Below, piece after piece: positions 13,615-28,312 of a stretch of 64,000 nucleotides of DNA. The translations under genes were made by a program, and so were the position numbers. Position 1 is the first letter of the stretch. Every line of letters starts with the position of its first letter. This DNA is from the human T2T-CHM13v2.0 reference genome, Homo sapiens. A model generated the notes under the pieces. It saw nothing but the letters and a program-made list of their open reading frames with translations. It ran no database searches and had not been told where the DNA came from. The stretch lies in NCBI RefSeq assembly GCF_009914755.1, contig NC_060932.1; one strand, written 5' to 3'.

Positions 13615-14130
13615 TACTTCCCTGGATTCCTTACGAAAAAAGCTTCAGTCAAAACATAAACTACAGGCTTTTTTGTGAAGGAAAAATCCCAGGGAATCAA
13701 GGGTGAAAAGAGAAAGAAATGAAGCAGGGAAGGTAGGTAAAGAAAAGCATGAGGTGTGCTGCTGAATGCCAATTGCTGGCTGCCTAGGATGGACAGGTGG
13801 CTGTGGTTACAGGGATTTCCCTCCCGCAGGGCTGGTGGGACCCCAGCCTTGCAGCTGTGTCAGGGAGAGGGAAGAGCAGGTGTGAGCCCTCCTTCCCACC
13901 ACCTGTCTCTTAAGAGTCACAGTTTATCCAGTGGGCATTCTGTGACCCTTCCTTATCCCACTGTCTTCCTGCGCAGACACCTCCAGCTGAGCCCAGCCCA
14001 GGTGAGAGGGCTCCCAGTGACAGAGCTACCTAGGGCTACAGCCACTGCAGCTCCCACTAAGGTGTGGACGGTGGAGGCTGAGCTGGTCCTCACCGTGGGG
14101 AAGCCGAGGCGTTGGTGCTGGAAGGAGTTA
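13615..14130 (-). mobile_element. ERVL-class solo LTR (LTR33/LTR41-like)
   Basis: AATCCCAGGGAATCAAGGGTGAAAAG..GAAGCAGGGAAGGTAGG resembles antisense LTR33/41; explains the local GC rise; right boundary uncertain. Confidence 0.5.
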
Positions 14131-15689
14131 GGCTGTCATGGCAGCCGAGGGGCTCTCCACAAGCCATCGGCAACGCCTCGATCAGTCTCGGGGACTTGGT
14201 GCTGAGCAAAATTGGGGGGCTCAGAAACTGAGTCTGGTAAAACACATGATTTTCAGATATTTATATTTAATCACTATAATTAAAATGCAGCATTACGTGA
14301 GTGGCCTGGCATTTTCACACGATGCTCTATGACACACACAGTTTAAATGTACATCTTTTTTTAAAAATTGCGAGTTGAGAAGTTCCTATTTAAACTGACT
14401 TCTGCACAGAGAAAGGCACTGTGAGATATCTAAGAAATCGTTGACTGGGTACTGGAAGTGACGCAAGGCATGTACCCAAAGGATAGACTGAAACAACCTT
14501 TGTCAATTATGCACATACCAAAAGCCATTCTTGTCCAAACCTCTTACTCACAATACTGTATTTTAAGTGAGAACTTTTATTAAGGTGGCTACAGATTTGG
14601 TTAGTATGTGCTGTATTATATTTTTGGTTTGTTTGCTTTAACTGGACATAAATTCTGAAAATCTCATAATCCTCATTTATAACTGGTGGCAAAACCTGAT
14701 ACCTGATCAATTTTTGCCTGGCGCATGATAGCTATGCAATAAATATTCATGCATTCCATCCATTTCTATCCATGCAGAAAACTGTTAAGTACCGGGAACT
14801 CAGTGAATTCTACTACCATTCACTTTCATCTCCTCTGTAGCACTCCCCGAGTTAAAACTGATTTTAACCTGTTTTTTTATGGGGCCATAAGACCTACCCC
14901 TGGCTGTTACGTTCACAGGCCTAGTGCCTGTAACAGCAAAGATGGGCAATTTTCTTACTTTCCTTCTTCCCCTCTTTTTATATTCTTTCACTCGCCAAAT
15001 GATTCACTTCATGTTAATACTGAAAAGCTTCCTTAGAAATGCTTATTTCCCAATTTGCTCCTAAGGTTGAAAATAGTAAAAAGCAACTCAAAGCAACATG
15101 AGTTGCCTCATGTGACAGTTTAATTTATTTTTACATCTTCTAAGCTCTGGGAAATATTAAGATTTGAAACACACAAGTCCAAAGTATTGAAATACTTTGT
15201 AAAGTTATATATCTTGTCAGTAAGTCACAAATGCCTTTAGATAAAAATTGAATCAATAGTTTCTTCATTAGCTTTCCCCCCAAAAAAAACTGAAAGTAGA
15301 TGTATAAATCAAAGAAAATTTAATACACTGCCTTCCATTTAATGTACCGATATTGATGATAGTAAACGACATTAATAATGAAGCAAAAGAAAGTATTATT
15401 GGCAGGGCGTTATAAACTATCAGAGAGGAAACTATAAATTTTCTAATGTCAAGTTAATTTTATATGGCCATGGTGCATGTTAACTGGTTACTTGTAAAGC
15501 TGATTCTTCTCCAAAATGCACACTTTTTCCTTAGCTCATAGAAATTCATAAAATATGTAACAAATTTTAATGGCATTCAAAATATTTAAATATTCTTTGG
15601 AGAATAGTTTCAACATATTTCATATGCTTTGACATCCATACTTAGATTTTTGAAAACAGGGCTAGACTTAAAAAGCAGACAAATGGAAA

Positions 15690-15855
15690 TTTAATTTAGT
15701 TTCTGGCAATTGTACTTGACTGACCTTAATTCACGGAAATTTTCTCAACCTTAGTTTATTAATTCCCCCAATAGGAACGATAATTCCTACACTAAAACAC
15801 TGTTGCAATTCCTAGGGAAGATAACACAGAGTATGGCAGGGGCTCAATGCTATTC
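15690..15855 (+). mobile_element. MIR fragment
   Basis: TGACCTT..CTCAACCTTAGTTTATT..ATAGGAACGATAATTCCTAC. Confidence 0.5.
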
Positions 15856-16405
15856 AAATGTTTACGTGTGTAAAGAAATAAGACACAGTTATATCTATTT
15901 TCTGGCATAGAGAAAATTACAATTCTTTAATAAGGTTAATTTATAAATAAATACATAAATAATAATGGGTCCACAACCTTGAAATGTCTTCAGAGCCCTG
16001 AGAAGATACCCCTGGAATTACATATTAATATTGCCAGCATATTATCTCAGGAATAAATCAAAGTTGCATTTGTTTGCTTGTGAATGTGTTTTTCTTGGTA
16101 AGTATGAAAAAGGAATTTTATACAGTTGAACAGCTGCACTTTACCACATATGTCCGGTTACAAAATTGATTATAGTTAGCAGGTAGAGCTTTCACTTCAG
16201 TAATTAAGAAACCAGAAAACAAAACAAAACAATATATTTGGTGCAACTTACCATACAACCAAAATAACAAAGACCTTAATGGATTCTCAGTAGTTTCATA
16301 AATACCTTTGCCTCTTATTTACTCATTGATCACTCGTTTCACTTCCAGAGCACAAATAACATTTTTCTCTAAAATTTTAGTTGACTGCTTTAAAAATGAC
16401 TTTCC

Positions 16406-16816
<411 letters not shown>

Positions 16817-17619
16817 TTATCCTATCATTCTCCCTGGAGAATGTGGTCGTGAGTTCTGTTAGAGAAGTTTGAAGTAGCTGAACCATGACCAGTTAAAAGG
16901 AACTTTGTTCTGTGCTGTTTCATTGAGAATCTGTTTTCTACTATTTTCCTAATACCACGAGAGTGCATTGTTATCTCACAAAAAAAAAAAAAACAAAAAA
17001 AAACCGAGAAGGAAATTACTGCTGTAAGGAAAAAGCAGGACTTCTCATGTCTAGGGTAGCTCTGAGTTGACCCCCAGGATGAATTTGCACAAATCACTTA
17101 ACCTGTGTGTTTCTGCAGCCTTTGAGAAACTGGTTCACCTGTTAGCTGAGAAAATTACATTTCTCACTAGAATATTTGAGCCTTAATTTAAGTTTGTAAA
17201 GCGCGTTAACATCCTTATCTCGAGTCTATTGCGAGCATAACCTTCTACTCTCATAAAAAAGCAGGGGCCTCAGCTAGTTGTATTAGACAACCAGATACTT
17301 GGTGGACGGAAATTTCTCCGCCTTTTTGCACCATGCGTCAAGCGGAGGTCCTGTTACTGCAATCAGCACGGTTTAGCTTCACCTTACAAAACCAAGAATG
17401 CATGAGAAACAAACACGTCTGTGGGCCATTCTCTAAAATAGGCTTGCATTTACTAACTCCCTATGGGTCCTTGTGTAGCTGTGTATCCATCTCTTTCTGA
17501 CAACCACCTGGTATAGAATCCACTTTTTTGAGGTTTCAAAATATACTGCATTATATGTTGAAGACGAGGACTCAGGAACCAATTAATATTGAGCTGTGTT
17601 TCCTGAGGCCGACTGCCAC

Positions 17620-17793
17620 ATTCAGGTTTTGTCACACCATTGTCATTAATCCCTGGGTCCCTGGTTAAAGATCTAGATTCCTGGGGTACATCCCTAGTTG
17701 TTGAGTTCATCATCTTAGTGACTGGCCCTAGAAATCTACCTATTAACAGTCTTCCCCAGGTGATTCTTTGGTGCAGTGATTTTTGAAACCTTC
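17620..17793. mobile_element. MER5A-like hAT MITE
   Basis: GGTTAAAGATCTAGATTCCTGGGG..GGCCCTAGAAATCTACC..CCCCAGGTGATTCT..TTTGAAACC. Confidence 0.7.
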
Positions 17794-18339
17794 ACAATAA
17801 AACAGCTATTTGTTTCTATTTCTCTCCCAACCCAAGTAGTGACAAGATATGAATATATCTAAATATCACCTAAGTAGGAAACTGCCTTTTCCACTCCAGC
17901 CTTATTTACAATGAGCATCTCAAGGCTTGAGAGCCACACATGTAAGATTCCGAATACACATCAGTTCCAGATTATAGTCAATTGTGCTTGTTTAGCTTTA
18001 CCTTCCTATCAGCAGACCTAAGAGTCCAAATTTAGATTTGTACGTGCCCATGCACATTTTCCTGCTGTGCCAGCCCTATCACACTGACCCTTATCTTTCC
18101 CATTTTTAATTATAATGCATTAAAGTCTATAGCTTAATCTATCAAAAGGGTTATTTCAATAAATATAAAATGAGACATCTCAATGCTAAGGAGACCTTGG
18201 ATCACAGTTGAATTGGCAGTGTTTTATTTTTTCTTAGTGGGAGATAAAATAATGATGTGTTCAGCATGGGAAGGCATATGAGATTTGATCAAATATCTTC
18301 TCATTTGCTGTTTTAAAGATAGAGAAGGAATTAACCTGT

Positions 18340-18772
18340 TTTTATTTGGTGACGGACTAAGCTAATATTTTTCACGTGTGATCTCATCTAATCCTTATAA
18401 AATAAACTTTAACACATGAGGAAATAAAAGCACCAAGAGGTTAAATACCTGAGTCCACAGACCTTGTAAATGCTTCAAGACTCAGTCTATTTGGTTTGTT
18501 CCATATATTAGACTACTTCTTTAAGCTTAAAGAAGTAAATATTAGATACTGTGCCTAGTATATGCCAGAGACTATTGTGAGCACATAATGGGATTAACTT
18601 GTTTAATTTTAATAATCCCAGGAGGTGGGTACTCCACCTACTTCTATTTTAGAAGTCAGGAAACTGTAGCACAATGAGATCAAGTAGCTTGATCAAAGTG
18701 ACTTGAGGTGTGGAAACAACAGAATGCAGAAGCCTGGCTTTATGATCCATTACTCTTAGCTGCTATATTATA
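18340..18772 (-). mobile_element. Two adjacent MIR fragments
   Basis: ATCTCATCTAATCCTTA..ACATGAGGAAA..AGAGGTTAAAT and TATGCCAGAGACTATTG..CAGGAAACTGTAGCAC are antisense MIR cores. Confidence 0.65.
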
Positions 18773-18892
18773 TAGGCTTCATCAGTACAAGTCTTTCCAG
18801 AGATTTATGAATTCTCCTGCCACACCCTTCCATGGCCACCTTTATGACTGTATACAAAATCATTGATACAAAGGTAGCAATACAATAACTCT

Positions 18893-19621
18893 CTTTTAAA
18901 AAACTTTTAAGTTCAGGGGTACATGAGCAGGTTACATAAGTAAACTTGTGTCATGGGGGTTTGCTGTATAGATTATTTCACCCCCCAAGTATTAAGCCAA
19001 GTACCCAGTAATTATTTTTCCAGATCCTCTCCCTTCTCCCATCCTCCACCCTTATAGCCCCCAGTGTGTGTTGTTCCTCTCTGTGTGTCCATGGGATCTC
19101 TTCATTCAGCTCCCATTTATAAGTGAGAACATGCGGTATTCGGTTTTCTGTTCCTGAGTTAGTTTGCTAAGGATAATGGCCTCCAGCTCCATCCATGCTC
19201 CTGCAAAGGACATGATCTTATTTGTTCTTATGGCTGCATAGTACTCCATGGTGTGTATGTACCATATTTTCTCTACCCAGTCTATTATTGATGGGCATTT
19301 AGGTTGATTCCATGTCTTTGCTATTGCGAATAGTGTTGCAATGAACACACATGTGCACGTGTCTTTGTGGTAGAATGTTTTATATTCCTTTGGGTATACA
19401 CCCAGTAATGGGATTGCTGGATTGAATGTTATTTCTGAATTTAGGTCTTTGAGGAGTTTCCACACTGTCTTCCACAATGGCTGAAATAATTTACACTCCC
19501 ACCAACAGTGTAAAAGGATTCCTTTTTAGCCACAACCTTGCCAGCATCTGTTATTTTTTGACTTGTTTAAAATAGCCATTCTGACTGGTGTGAGACAGTA
19601 TCTCATTAAAGAAATGCAAAT
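18893..19621 (-). mobile_element. L1PA13-like 3' fragment with a tiny 5' inversion
   Basis: GTAAACTTGTGTCATGGGGGTTTG 3' UTR; ORF 19106-19477 gives L1 ORF2 C-terminus (PAIPLLGVYPKEYK..TWNQPKCPS..MEYYAAI); degenerate TSD 18878-18892 / 19622-19636. Confidence 0.93.
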
Positions 19622-19798
19622 CAATACTAAAACTCTTAATTTGCTATTTATGTTTTTTTAAGGAACTTCATAAAGTAGGGGCATGTATGTAAAATTTTCC
19701 AAATATATTAATTTTTAGTAAGTATGGGAGGCGTAGGTATAAAACATGCAAAAATGAAAATAGAGTAATGGAGTTAGGTAGTAAAATAGTTTAGCAAT

Positions 19799-20146
19799 TG
19801 ATTGGTTTGGCTCTGCGTCCCCACCCAAATCTCATCTTGGATTGGACTCCCATAATTCCCATGTGTTGTGGGAGATAATTGAATGACAGGGGCAGTCTCC
19901 CCCATACTGTTCTCCTGGTGGTGGATAAGTCTCATGAGATCCGATGGTTTGATAAGGGGTAATCCATTTCACTTGGTTCTCATTCTCTCTCTTGCCACCA
20001 CCAAGTGAGAAGTGCCTTTCACCTTCCACCATGACTGTGAGGCCTCCCCAGCCATGTGGAACTGTGAGTCCAATAAACCTCTTTCTTTTGGGAATAGACC
20101 AGTCTCGGATATGTCTTTATCGGCAGCATGAAAATGAACAAATACA
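19799..20146 (+). mobile_element. THE1 (B/C) MaLR solo LTR
   Basis: TG..GGTTTGGCTCTGCGTCCCCACCCAAATCTCATC start; GAGGCCTCCCCAGCCATGTGGAACTGTGAGTC; ends AATACA. Confidence 0.95.
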
Positions 20147-21482
20147 CCAGTAGATAAATTATTTTGCTTAATGCTGCTACATTTTCTAAAGCTAGCTAAT
20201 TACATCTAAAGATAAAAACAAGTCATTACCATTTAGAAAACCCCAATGCTTTAATATAACAGACTTCTAATCGATAAAGCAATAATGTATGATGTATGAA
20301 AGTCATACAAACATGAGTGACAAGGACACCAAAACTTATATTGGTTTTCTCTCAAGGATATTGAAATCAAATAGGTGATTCATTTTCAATACAAGCATAG
20401 GTGCAGCTAAGACTAATTTAAAACAGCAAAATGTGATTTTTGGGCTAAACACATATTTAATCCATTTTTGTAAGAAAAGCACTGATTTTGCTTGTCATGA
20501 AGAAAAAGAAAGGTTCAAACAGTTCTAGAAAATAATCCTGAACAAAATAAATAATTAAGAACTGGTTTACCATTTAAAATTTTATTAATATGGGTTGGTT
20601 TGTGAAGGTTTCAAAAACTCTAGAAAATAACAAAATATTTCTGGGTGTTTCACAATACTTAGAGTAAGTCAAAAATGAACCGAAAGGGTTTGCTTATTCA
20701 GGCCAAGCATCATGGCTCACTTTGTTGTATAATGTTGTTGTCTCTCATTGACAGTCCTGCGTTTTCGGAGAGAGCACAGCCCTGGGAGAAACATCCCATT
20801 GCCTGTTGGATGATAGGGCTGCATTAGACATTTCTTAGTCTGCCAAGCAATACCTCAGCATCAGTTCAAAATGAAAGGGTGTCTGTTAAACAGGAGAGCT
20901 GGGTTCATGAGATTCCACAACAAAGGCTAGAAGGATTTGTGGAGGCCGCTTCCCTTATCAGTGGAGTGATTGGACTGCAGCTTGGATGACACGAAAAAAA
21001 AAAAAAAAACCTTGCTTTCTGATTGTTTTCAAAAATTCTATGGAAGGATTTTCTTCTAGGAAAAAGGTTTCATTTTGTTTTGTCCCTCTGTCCTGATCAT
21101 TTCTAAGTTATCTGGATTTAAAAAATTTTAACATTGAGAGAAAGAGAAAGGTGGGGTTTACTTACATTATGAACACTCTCTCATTCACGAACTATATCAG
21201 AACCAGAAGACACAGAGAGGGATGGGGGTTTTCCTTCTTTATTTCAGTCAGTACTTGGGCAATTTGAAGGAGGCACAAAAGAGAACAGGGGATCTTAAGC
21301 AAGTTTGGTAAGTCCATCTCACAACACCCCACACTCAGAGTCATACTGAATACACAGATTCATCACTCGCTCTCTCAGGTATCAACTTGGAGGGCTGACG
21401 TGACCTGCTCTATGAGAGGGAAAGTGAGACACATCTTCCTGCATGGTCCCTACCTGGGAAGATATTGAAAGAGGAAAAGTCA

Positions 21483-21806
<324 letters not shown>

Positions 21807-22870
21807 TCACTATGACATATGGCTTTCTTCCCATTTTCTACTCATTTCTACCCACACAGAAAGGAGATGCTGAGAGAGGGTCTGTATTCAGGTTTTTCCA
21901 AATAAGGTCTTCGGCATAGGCTGTATGCATTTCCTTAGATGTCTACTGATTTGTATAAAGAGAGTGTCCTTAATACTTCTTCACCTCTAGGATCCTACTT
22001 TTCATCCCTTGAGAAAAGATGAAGCACCATCATGTTCAAACTTGCTTGGAACGCCTGTCAGCTGAGAACATTTATCCCCAGTTGAAATTTTTACCAACCA
22101 AACTCTTCAAACAACCTGTCTTCATTTTTGTCTTTCACTTGAGTTAACACCAAATGAAACCATTGCCCTACAGACGGGGCCTGATAAACTGACTCTCACA
22201 GAGAGAGGAAGGGCTTCTATGGATTCACAAGTTCCTTCAAATATGTGTCTGGGCTGGGCAGCAAGCCTGCTTCTTCAGTTCCTGATCTTACCATCAATAG
22301 TCCCTTAATGGAATGGCAATATTCTTATAATTGGGTGACTTTATTTCTTGCCACTTCTATCCATGGATGTTCAAGCTAGAAAATGGATAATGCTTTCTAC
22401 TATTAAAATTGATCTTGTATGCTATCGCAGAGCCCAGGTAAATGAGGCTGACCAAAATCAAGCTGTTAACAAATTAACAAAAGAAATCCCAAAATAAGTA
22501 CATAATCTTAATCCCAATAAATCCAATGGCTTTACTTTTCCAAAGTTGGTGACATACTGAAATGCATCTGCTACTGACAAAAGAAATGGCAAATTCCAAA
22601 ATGTGGCAACATATAAACGCAAATGTCAAAAACCCCATTATGGTGACATTTCACTCTGACCAGGGAGTAAGAAGTGGATTTCCTGGCAGCCAGGAAGTTC
22701 ATTTCAATTATTTTGTAGCCACAAAGTTCATCACTCTGATATTGATACACACTGGAAGATCTGCTTGTGAATCCCTCCTTATGTAATAGCAATTATTTTT
22801 TTCTAGCAATCCTGACTTCATAAAGTAATAATATCTAAGTATTAAAATTAAATTTCTCTTTCTCTTTCAT

Positions 22871-22995
22871 CATACATATATATGTATGTATATATACATA
22901 CATATATATATATATACATACATATATATATATATACATACATATATATATATATACATACATATATATATATATACATACATATATATATATAT

Positions 22996-23030
<35 letters not shown>
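22871..23030. repeat. (TA)n/(CATA) compound microsatellite with 20-bp higher-order period
   Basis: About 5 copies of CATACATATATATATATATA followed by pure (TA)n. Confidence 0.97.
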
Positions 23031-23918
23031 CGCACACGCAAACATAGGCACATAGAGCTTTTATCCCCCTAGCTACAAATAACAGTAATTTGCGACGATT
23101 CTACCAGGTTGCATCTTAAACATGTATATCTCCTTCTCATTTTTACTTCCAGGAATCATAACATGATTTATCTTTAATTATAATATAGTTGTGAACTACT
23201 ATATATTTTAAAAATATTTCTTCCTTTATATTAGTTTTAGATTTTAAAAATTAGTGATGTTTATATTGTACATTTTTATCTGTTTAGTAATATTTTTGAA
23301 GTAAGCATAACAGAAGCTTATCAATGCATATATAAGAAGTCCATCTTTCTGAAACTTTATTTATATAAATACGACTCAGTGACCTAAACACTGTGACATA
23401 CATATAGATGGGGAAACTGAAGTTTGGCCACTTTGAATTAAGCAAAAGTGAAATACAAAGAAAAATGTACAAAGAGGGTTCCCCTTCATGGAAGAAAGCC
23501 ACTGCCTGATACGAAGAACCTGAGTGATAAACGATCCTGAAAACTGCCTCTGCTCTGCTGCAAAGGTGCCTGCAAAAGTTCCACTTGGCTATTGTTATTA
23601 ATTACACATCAAGCTCACAATGTTGCACCTAAGATAAAAAGCAAGAAGAAGGGGGAATTAGAATTTAATTAAAGCTTGTCAAGCAGGCAGGGTCCTAAAT
23701 GGTAGCTCACAGAGAGAGATGCACAGCTGACGGCTACACACGCCTTCCACATCGAGGTGCTGAGGCTAAACAAAGTTCCACTGAAGAGAATTGTAATATC
23801 TTTCCGCTTTCTAATTAAGTTGGAGAATTTTTTTTCTTTTTGCCATCTTAGCCTCAAGGAAGAATACCAGATCATATAAGGCACTATTTCAAGCAATGTG
23901 TAATAATGATGAAGTTTC

Positions 23919-24360
23919 TTTCTTTTTTATTATTATTATTATACTTTAAGTTTTAGGGTACATGTGCACAATGTGCCGGTTTGTTACATATGTATACATG
24001 TGCCATGCCGGTGCGGTGCACCCATTAACTCGTCATTTAGCATTAGGTATATCTCCTAATGCTATCCCTCCCCTCTCCCCACAACAGTCCCCAGAGTGTG
24101 ATGTTCCCCTTCCTGTGTCCATGCGTTCTCATTGTTCAATTCCCATCTATGAGTGAGAACATGCAGTGTTTGGTTTTTCGTTCTTGCGATACATTACTGA
24201 GAATGCTGATTTCCAATTTCATCCATGTCCCTACAAAGGACATGAAGTCATCATATTTTATGGCTGCATAGTATTCCATGGTGTACATGTGCCACATTTT
24301 CTTAATCCAGTCTATCATTGTTGGACATTTGGGTTGGTTCCAAGTCTTTGCTATTGTGAA
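23919..24360 (-). mobile_element. L1PA3-like 5'-truncated element
   Basis: TATACTTTAAGTTTTAGGGTACATGTGCACAATG, ACAACAGTCCCCAGAGTGTG, TTTCCAATTTCATCC; TSD TGAAGTTTC at 23910-23918 and 24357-24365. Confidence 0.95.
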
Positions 24361-24683
24361 GTTTCAAAATTAAAGTAGAAATAAGGCACACCCTTGATTT
24401 TGTTTCAAAAAAAGGATTTTTCTGTAAAATAATTAAGTCCATTTAAAAAATTTTGCCAAAATGCCTGTTTAGAGGATATAAAAATAAAGTGTACTCAGTC
24501 TAACTGCCTTAATCATCTAAAGAAAATGTCCTAAATATACTTACAAAAATTAATTAACTTAGGCAAGAGAGAGATAACAAGGCTAAACATGTCTTTATTT
24601 CCATTTATCTGTAAAACCAGACACTTAAGATTGGGAGGGATTAAATAGACAAATGAAAATCAAATGAATGATATGAAACCCTG

Positions 24684-25007
24684 TGTTGTAGACTGAATGT
24701 TTGCGTCCCTCCGAAATGTATATGTGAAAATCCTACCCATTAAGGTGATGCTATTATGAGATGGGGCTTTCTGGAGGTGAGTAGGTCATGAGGATGGAGC
24801 CCTTGTCTCTTTCTGTCTCTGCCATGTGAGGACACAGCTAGAAGGCACCATCTATAAATAAGAAAGCAGGGTCTCCCCAGACATCGAATTTGCTGGCACC
24901 TTGATCTTCGACTTACAGCTTCCAGAACTGTGAGAAATAAGTTTATGTTGTTTATAATCCAACAACTTAATGGTATTTTGTTACAGCAGCTCAAAATGAA
25001 TAAGACT
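24684..25007 (+). mobile_element. MLT1A/MLT1A0 solo LTR
   Basis: GACTGAATGTTTGCGTCCC start; TGCTGGCACCTTGATCTT..CCAGAACTGTGAGAAATAA; 5-bp TSD CCCTG at 24679-24683 and 25008-25012. Confidence 0.92.
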
Positions 25008-25059
25008 CCCTGGGAGCTGAAATGCCCTGAAAGACCTCTACTTCATATAACCACAGGAG

Positions 25060-25265
25060 TAGTTAACATGTGTAAAGTGCTTATGATATCCAAGTGTATT
25101 CTGAACACTTGACATATAGAAACTTGTTTAATCCTCACAATAACCTGTGGGGGGCTTGATCTCGTTGCCTCTGTTTTACAGAGGGCAGAGGTGAAGTAGT
25201 ATGCTCAAATGAATATTCACAAAATAAACTAGTGGTGACAGTAGTCACCCTACTCTGAATCAAAC
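25060..25265 (-). mobile_element. MIR fragment
   Basis: TTTAATCCTCACAATAACCTGTG..TGTTTTACAGAGG. Confidence 0.7.
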
Positions 25266-25668
25266 ATTGGATTTCTACAATGTTTTTAAACTGGTGGAGT
25301 CGGCAGCAGAGCCCCAAAAATTTATCTCCAGATTTGCTGCTTTCAATTCCTGTGCTTTAACACATCCAATCTATAGCAAAATACTCCCTTACATCCTCTA
25401 AAAAGGAACACCAAAGAATTACATAATCATGGCGGTGGGGGGGGTGAAAAGTGTGGATATGTGGCATCTGTCAGCATCCCCAGCACCAAATGGGCCCTCA
25501 GAAGTCAGCTATGACCCGCGTCCTGCGTATCCAAAAAGGAAATACTCTATGTCCATATTTCCTCTCTGCAAAGAGATCGCCAGTTCCTTCCTGATTCCCC
25601 TGTCCTTATGATAAAACGACAGAAATCCTTTCCTGCAGAATGTGCATGCCTTCAGCAATTACTAAACA

Positions 25669-25963
25669 TTTTTTTATTTTTGAGACTGAGTCTTGCTCTT
25701 TCACCCAGGCTGAAGTGCAGTGGCGCGATCTTGGCTCACTGCACGTCCGCCTCCCAGCTTCAAGCAATTCCCCTGTCTCAGCCTCCTGAGTAGCTGGGAA
25801 TACAGGTGCGTGCCACCACACACAGCTAATTTTTTGTATTTTTAGTAGAGACGGGGTTTCACCATGTCGGCCAGGCTGGTCTCAAACTCCTGACCTCAGG
25901 TGATCTACCTGCCTCGGCCTCCCAAAATGCTGGGATAACAGGCGTGACACACTGCACCCAGTC
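25669..25963 (-). mobile_element. AluS (Sx-like)
   Basis: Full dimer; CTGACCTCAGGTGATC; degenerate TSD TACTAAA(C/T)A. Confidence 0.95.
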
Positions 25964-26289
25964 TACTAAATACTTCTTACATATTTTCTACTTAAGGTGC
26001 CCTCCTTTTTCTAAGAATAAGCAAGGAGCTGCAGAAAGTTCTGGGAAAATGTCTCAAAGATTCAATGCATAAGGAAAAACTTATTTGAGTATTTTGCTGT
26101 TGTTTGCTTACACACATCCATGTATATTTCACATGCAATCCCCACCAAAACATTTACCATTCTTCAAAGTGATGCTCAAAGTCTTTTTATATGTTCAAAA
26201 ACTATAAAATGGGTGCTGAGGGGAACACCATATGCCCCACCAGAAACGAGAGGTGGTTGGAATATGTAAAGAATTACTCTCAATGATTG

Positions 26290-27089
<800 letters not shown>

Positions 27090-27242
27090 CAGATATCTTG
27101 TAAGTGCAACCATTGCTTAATGTCCCCTAACTTAGTTTCTAAGGAATAAAATGTGTATTTCACATCTGTCCTATCTACTATTGGTTTTAACTTTTAGTTT
27201 TTTAATGACAACTGATTAATTACTTTAACAATTTAAATTACA

Positions 27243-27365
27243 TATTTATTCATCACATTTTTTAAACACCAGCCACGTTCCATGAACTGTCATAGATGCT
27301 AAGGATATGAGATGCAGAATTCTTCTCATCAAGGAGATCACAAACAAGAGAAAGAAACAAAGACT
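27243..27365 (-). mobile_element. L2 3' end fragment
   Basis: TTTATTCATCACATTTTTTAAACACC..AGATGCTAAGGATATGAG..CTCATCAAGGAGATCACA. Confidence 0.55.
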
Positions 27366-27474
27366 GAAATCAGGAGAGGGAAAAATGCCCATTTGACCCA
27401 TGCTCAGAATGGTCTTAATATACAGAAGAGACAAATAAGAGACTCTTAACTTCAGGTGCATGGGAGACAACAGA

Positions 27475-27660
27475 GGCCAGAAGCCAGGATAACCCAGGGT
27501 CAGATTGTGCACTAGCTCCACTAGGTCGGGCATATTAATTCAGTTCTAGGTGTTTCTGTTTTCTCACAAATAAAGTCGGAAACACATTATCCTCTTGCTT
27601 ATAGTGTTACAGGACGTGATTTAATACACACAAAGCACAGCAGTGGTTTCTAGGACTATA
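27475..27660 (+). mobile_element. MIR fragment
   Basis: TCGGGCATATTAATT..TCTGTTTTCTCAC..CTTATAGTGTTAC. Confidence 0.5.
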
Positions 27661-27835
27661 ACTTATCACAGGAGTGGATAAGGGAGAGTTTTAGAAGAAA
27701 CAAGAGAACTGTTATGTGAACCACAGGGAGGAGTTCACAGGCTCACAGTGTATTGAGGCTAGGGACATGTAGGCAGCTCCTATGGTACCTGGCTGTGGTG
27801 AGGCGGTCGCCTGCCAGGACCTAATAAGACATGAG

Positions 27836-27965
27836 CTATTAATGGGTACTAGGCTTAATATGCGGGCAATGAAATAATCTCTACAACAAACCCCCAAGAC
27901 ACAGGTTTACCTATGTAACAATCTGTACATGTACTGCTGAACTTAAAATACAAGTTAAAATAAAT
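27836..27965 (+). mobile_element. L1PA13-like extreme 3' end
   Basis: TAATGGGTACTAGGCTTAATA..GAAATAATCTCTACAACAAACCCCCAAGACAC..TGAACTTAAAATA. Confidence 0.88.
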
Positions 27966-28312
27966 AGATACAACTTCAATATTAAAAAGAAGAAAGAAAT
28001 GAATTTAGAGAGACCATCACGGAAGATCCCAAGAGGAGATGCCTGACGTGCCAAGGAGTGCAGCCTTATCTGGAAGGGGACAAGTCTGGGCGCACGTGTC
28101 CAGGATTTTCTAGCAACATCCATTATAGCGATCAGCCCTGGGTTTGCAATACAGTTAACCTTACGCCCTAGCTGTGATAAGGTCAGCAAAACTGCCTGTG
28201 AAAGGATATGTTAAACAGCTATGGACTTTTGTTGGTGTATCATTTTGGTAACTTCACCTCCTTCCTCCCACATTTCATAGTCTGTCTCCTGGAAAATGAT
28301 TTTGCAATGTTT

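Noticed and set aside
13756-14205. 149-aa GC-rich ORF and possible CpG island
   Set aside because: GTG start, overlaps an ERVL-type LTR remnant, and CpG density is too low for an island
19106-19477. ORF resembling a real protein (also 41471-41821 and 24136-24318)
   Set aside because: C-terminal remnants of L1 ORF2 in truncated L1PA copies, not host genes
22680-22696. Palindrome TTCCTGGC-A-GCCAGGAA (paired ETS cores)
   Set aside because: An 8-bp arm palindrome is expected about once by chance in a window of this size
22835-23053. YIYI/CIY-rich ORFs
   Set aside because: Translation of the (TA)n array
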